NCBI RefSeq assembly: GCF_006345805.1
Contig: NC_043001.1
Span: 10,540,001 to 10,604,000, forward strand
Direction: 5' to 3'
DNA from: Octopus sinensis
Lineage: Eukaryota
Length of the DNA stretch: 64,000 nt
The notes below the pieces were generated by a model. It was given only the letters and a program-made list of their open reading frames with translations, did not search any database and was not told where the DNA came from. Of this stretch, positions 60,456 to 64,000 are shown one piece after another. Position 1 is the first letter of the stretch. The number at the start of each line of letters is the position of its first letter. The position numbers were made by a program, and so were the translations under genes.

Positions 60456-61094
60456 CTTCATCATCACCACCACTACCACCACCACCATTTCCACGACCAC
60501 TGTTTTTGTTGTCATCACCACCACCATCACCACCATCATCCTCAACACCATCACTATTCTTCACATCATATAAATTTAATGTGTCTGCTCTGAAGGAGGT
60601 GTTTTTAAAACTCGTCTATTCATCATGTAAAAAAAAAAAACCACCACTAACAAAAAAACACATTGCACCTAATGTAAAACTCTAGTAGCAGTCTTTGCAA
60701 GAATTATTAACAATTAGTAATAGAACATATTAAATATATCAGGTATTGATTTTTGAAAAACAGCATTGAAAAATGTAGGTAATGTAAATACAGAGAACGT
60801 GAGAGAGGGAGGGAGGGAGGGAGAGAAGAGGAGAGGAAGAGAGAGAGAGAGGGAGTGGGGAGAGAGAGAAGGAGAGACTGTGAGAAGTGTGTGAAGTATG
60901 GCCAAAATAGATAAGTTATTGAACAGCAATAGTTATCTGAAGTGAACAGGCCACATTTCACAGCTCGCATCCACAGAAATTCACCCTAAACTTTAGTTTC
61001 AAATCATGTGGAAGGTAGATATTTTACTGTGTCTATTAATCACTGGCGCAGGGGGTGGGGGTGGGGGAGTACATTGGGTGAGTGTTGAAATGTG

Positions 61095-61268
61095 TGTGAG
61101 GGAGTGTGTGTGTGTGTGTGTATGTCTATGAGAGAGAGAGAGAGAGAGAGAGAGACTGTGTGTACACATGCATGTAGTATGTAATGTGTTTTCTGCCTAT
61201 ATATGTGTGTGAGTATGAGAGTATGTATGCATGTGTGAGAGTATATATGTATATGCTACATATGTATG

Positions 61269-61326
<58 letters not shown>

Positions 61327-61596
61327 GATAGATATATATATGTACGTGTGCATATGCTAGAGTATATATATGTGTGTAAGAGAGAGAGAGAGAGTGTGTG
61401 TGTGGAGGGTATGCATGTATAAGTTTCTGCATAACTCAGTATGTTTGTGTGTATGTGTGTGTATGTGTGTGTGTGAGTGTGTAGAAAGTGTATGTATGTA
61501 TGTATGTGTGTGTGCATGGGGTTTATGCATCTGTGCGTGAGTATATGTGTGTGTGGGGGGAGGGTATGCATGTATGGGTTTCTGCATATCTCAGTA

Positions 61597-61629
<33 letters not shown>

Positions 61630-61762
61630 ATGAGTGTGTAAGTGTAGAAAGTGCATGTATGAGTATGTGTGCCAGACCATGTTTGCCAATCTGTGTGTGA
61701 GTATATATGTGTGTGCCAGAGCGTATGTGTGTTTGCGTGTGTGTATATATATATATATAGAC

Positions 61763-61821
<59 letters not shown>

Positions 61822-61900
61822 TAGATAGATAGATAGATAGATAGACAGATAGATAGATAGATATGTATGTGTGTGTGTGTGTGTAAATATGTGTGTGTAA
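61095..61900. repeat. Compound microsatellite block (TG, GA, TA, TATG, GATA, GACA)
   Basis: Directly visible; source of the low-complexity ORFs 61126-61938. Confidence 0.95.
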
Positions 61901-62194
61901 GGGATAAAGAATGCAATGTAACAGACAGTTTTTCTCATTCAGGAGAAAAATATTTTCTTGTAAGTTTTTGTTGCGGAGAAAAGTGAAAATGGTTGAGTGA
62001 AGGATAGGAATGAGTTTATTCGTTAAAAACCTAGATTGGAAAAATTAATTTGAATGAAAACCAAGAAATAGAAACAAAAATGGTGAAATGTGCTCCTGGG
62101 GATGTTTAGAATCCTCTGTTTCAGGTATTAGACTGTGGCCATGCTGGGGCACCACTTTGAAGGATTTGGGTCAAACGAATCAAACCCCAATACA

Positions 62195-62800
62195 TTCTTT
62201 TATTCTTTTACTTGTTTCAGTCATCTGACTGCAGCCATGCTGGAGCACCACATTTAGTCGAACAAATTGACCCCAGGTCTTATTCTACCTATCTCTTTTG
62301 CCAAACTGCTCAGTTATAGGGACGTAAACACACCATCATCAATTGTCAAGAGATGGTGTGGGGGGTGGGGAGAAACACACACGCTATACATATATACATA
62401 CATATATATACACACATATATGCACACATACACACACATATATATATATATATACACATATATATATACACACATATATATATACACACACACATATATA
62501 TATATACACACATATATACATACATATATATATACACACATATATATATATATACACACACACATATAGACACACACACACATATATAGACACACACACA
62601 CAATATATATATACACATATATATTATATATATATATACACACGACGGGCTTCTTTCAGTTTCCGTATACCAAATACACTCACAAAGATTTGGTCGGTTC
62701 GAGGCTATAGTAGAAGGCACTTGCCCAAAGTGCCATGCAGTGGGACTGAACCTGGAACCATGTGGTTGGTAAGCAAGCTACTTACCACACAGCCACGCCT
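62195..62800 (-). mobile_element. Family B SINE with long TA/CA array (about 62385-62640)
   Basis: Similarity to the other B copies. Confidence 0.85.
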
Positions 62801-62968
62801 GCACCTACAAGTCAGCATGTATAAACAACAGAGTACATGTTTGTTTTGTGAGTGGTGTGCTGAGGGGTTGGGGTTTTTTTTTGGCGGGGGGAGGTAACCT
62901 AGGTGTGAAACAGGTAATGCGTTTGAGCACTTTGCCCAGCATGCTAATAAGTCTGCAAGCTTGCTGCC

Positions 62969-63013
<45 letters not shown>

Positions 63014-63029
63014 GTTTTAAATTTTTCCA

Positions 63030-63222
63030 CAAGGGCAGCAAATAGGGGGGAGGGGATGAGTCGACTACGTCAACCCCAGTGCATAACTGGTACTTATATC
63101 GACTTCCAAAAGATGAAAGATAAAGTTGACCTCGGAGGAATTTGAACTCAGAACATAGTGACAACCAAAATACTGCTAAGTATTTCTTCCAGCATGCTAA
63201 CACTTCAGCCAGCTCGCCACCT
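63030..63222 (-). mobile_element. Family A-related SINE with a different 3' end
   Basis: Reverse complement of the A head and core (cagctcgcc, gaatttgaactcagaac, accccagtgcataactggtac). Confidence 0.7.
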
Positions 63223-63658
63223 AATAATAATAGGAAGAAGAATAAGAACACTCAGAGAGTGAAAACCTCTGCTAAGGCAACACCAACGTCCTCTCGACAA
63301 TTAGCCAGAGATTATTTTTTAAATAAGAATATCCGAAATAAATTCAAACAGCCCTCACAAATGAGAATAATAAATATGAGCCCAACCACTCTCAAAAATT
63401 AATTGGAAAAAACCGGAAAAATAATCTAGAATCTTTGTCCGGTACCTCATCGATCCCAATGGTAATCATGGAATGTGAAAGTGGGTGTGCGGGCCATGTT
63501 TGTAATACTGTGTGTGTGTGTGTGTTGTCTGCAGTGGGAACAGAGGCAGTTTTCTCTATGAAGGCCTTTTTTATCCTATCCACTGATGTAATGACTTTAC
63601 GACCATTAAGGTCTATAGTGAAAAAATTTATCTGAGCATAAAAGAAAATGGAAATTAC

Positions 63659-63747
63659 CTACATACGGTACTGCTAACAGAGGTTTAACAATGTCGTTGC
63701 GCACAAAACACTTGAGTCCAAGAAGTAAAGCTTTCTGCAAGGCAGAG
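63659..63747 (-). CDS. Possible isolated exon of a second, unidentified gene: SALQKALLLGLKCFVRNDIVKPLLAVPYV
   Basis: Minus-strand ctctttgcatttctag acceptor and TAG|gtaatt donor; 89 nt with one open frame; no partner exon found in the window. Confidence 0.3.
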
Positions 63748-64000
63748 CTAGAAATGCAAAGAGGTTTTAAACAGGAGCAATATATTCAAAATTGGTAAAA
63801 CGAAAAATTGTCGAGGATAATTATTGTTACTGAATATGTTAGTGTTATTTAATTTCTGAATGCTTTTGCTGCCATTTGTTTATGTAATTTGATTTCTTTA
63901 TCCATCAGTTTCTAAGATAGGGATGCAAATAAAATTAATAAAAGAGAAGCGAATATAAATCTTTAGAAAGAGCAACGCAGCCATAAGTTACATGGAAACC

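Overview
AT-rich, microsatellite- and transposon-dense eukaryotic genomic DNA. The repeat landscape points to a coleoid cephalopod, most likely Octopus; this is an inference, not a database result. No prokaryotic features (operons, CRISPR) are present. One spliced protein-coding gene crosses the window on the + strand. Five phase-compatible exons (6104-6264, 8325-8493, 12014-12150, 18431-18644, 34988-35127) and a probable 18-nt microexon (22498-22515) encode a Tyr/Pro-rich cytoplasmic tail ending EMKGHLV*. This matches the nephrin (NPHS1/sns/SYG-2) C-terminus, so the window holds the 3' end of a nephrin-like gene plus a long, transposon-free putative 3' UTR. The rest is mobile DNA: several tRNA-headed SINE families (working labels A, B, D, E/F), RTE-LINE 3' ends (label C), a young 5'-truncated CR1/L2-type LINE, a mariner remnant, piggyBac (TTAA) and hAT (8-bp TSD) MITEs, and two non-autonomous Helitrons, often nested. 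The most notable signal is family D. It is a tRNA-derived Pol III head fused to a tail carrying a minimal type-I hammerhead ribozyme, inserted as Penelope-like head-to-head inverted structures with TSDs and a ~33-nt tail asymmetry. It is a candidate ribozyme-bearing SINE mobilised by Penelope-like elements. Coordinates of old repeat copies are approximate.
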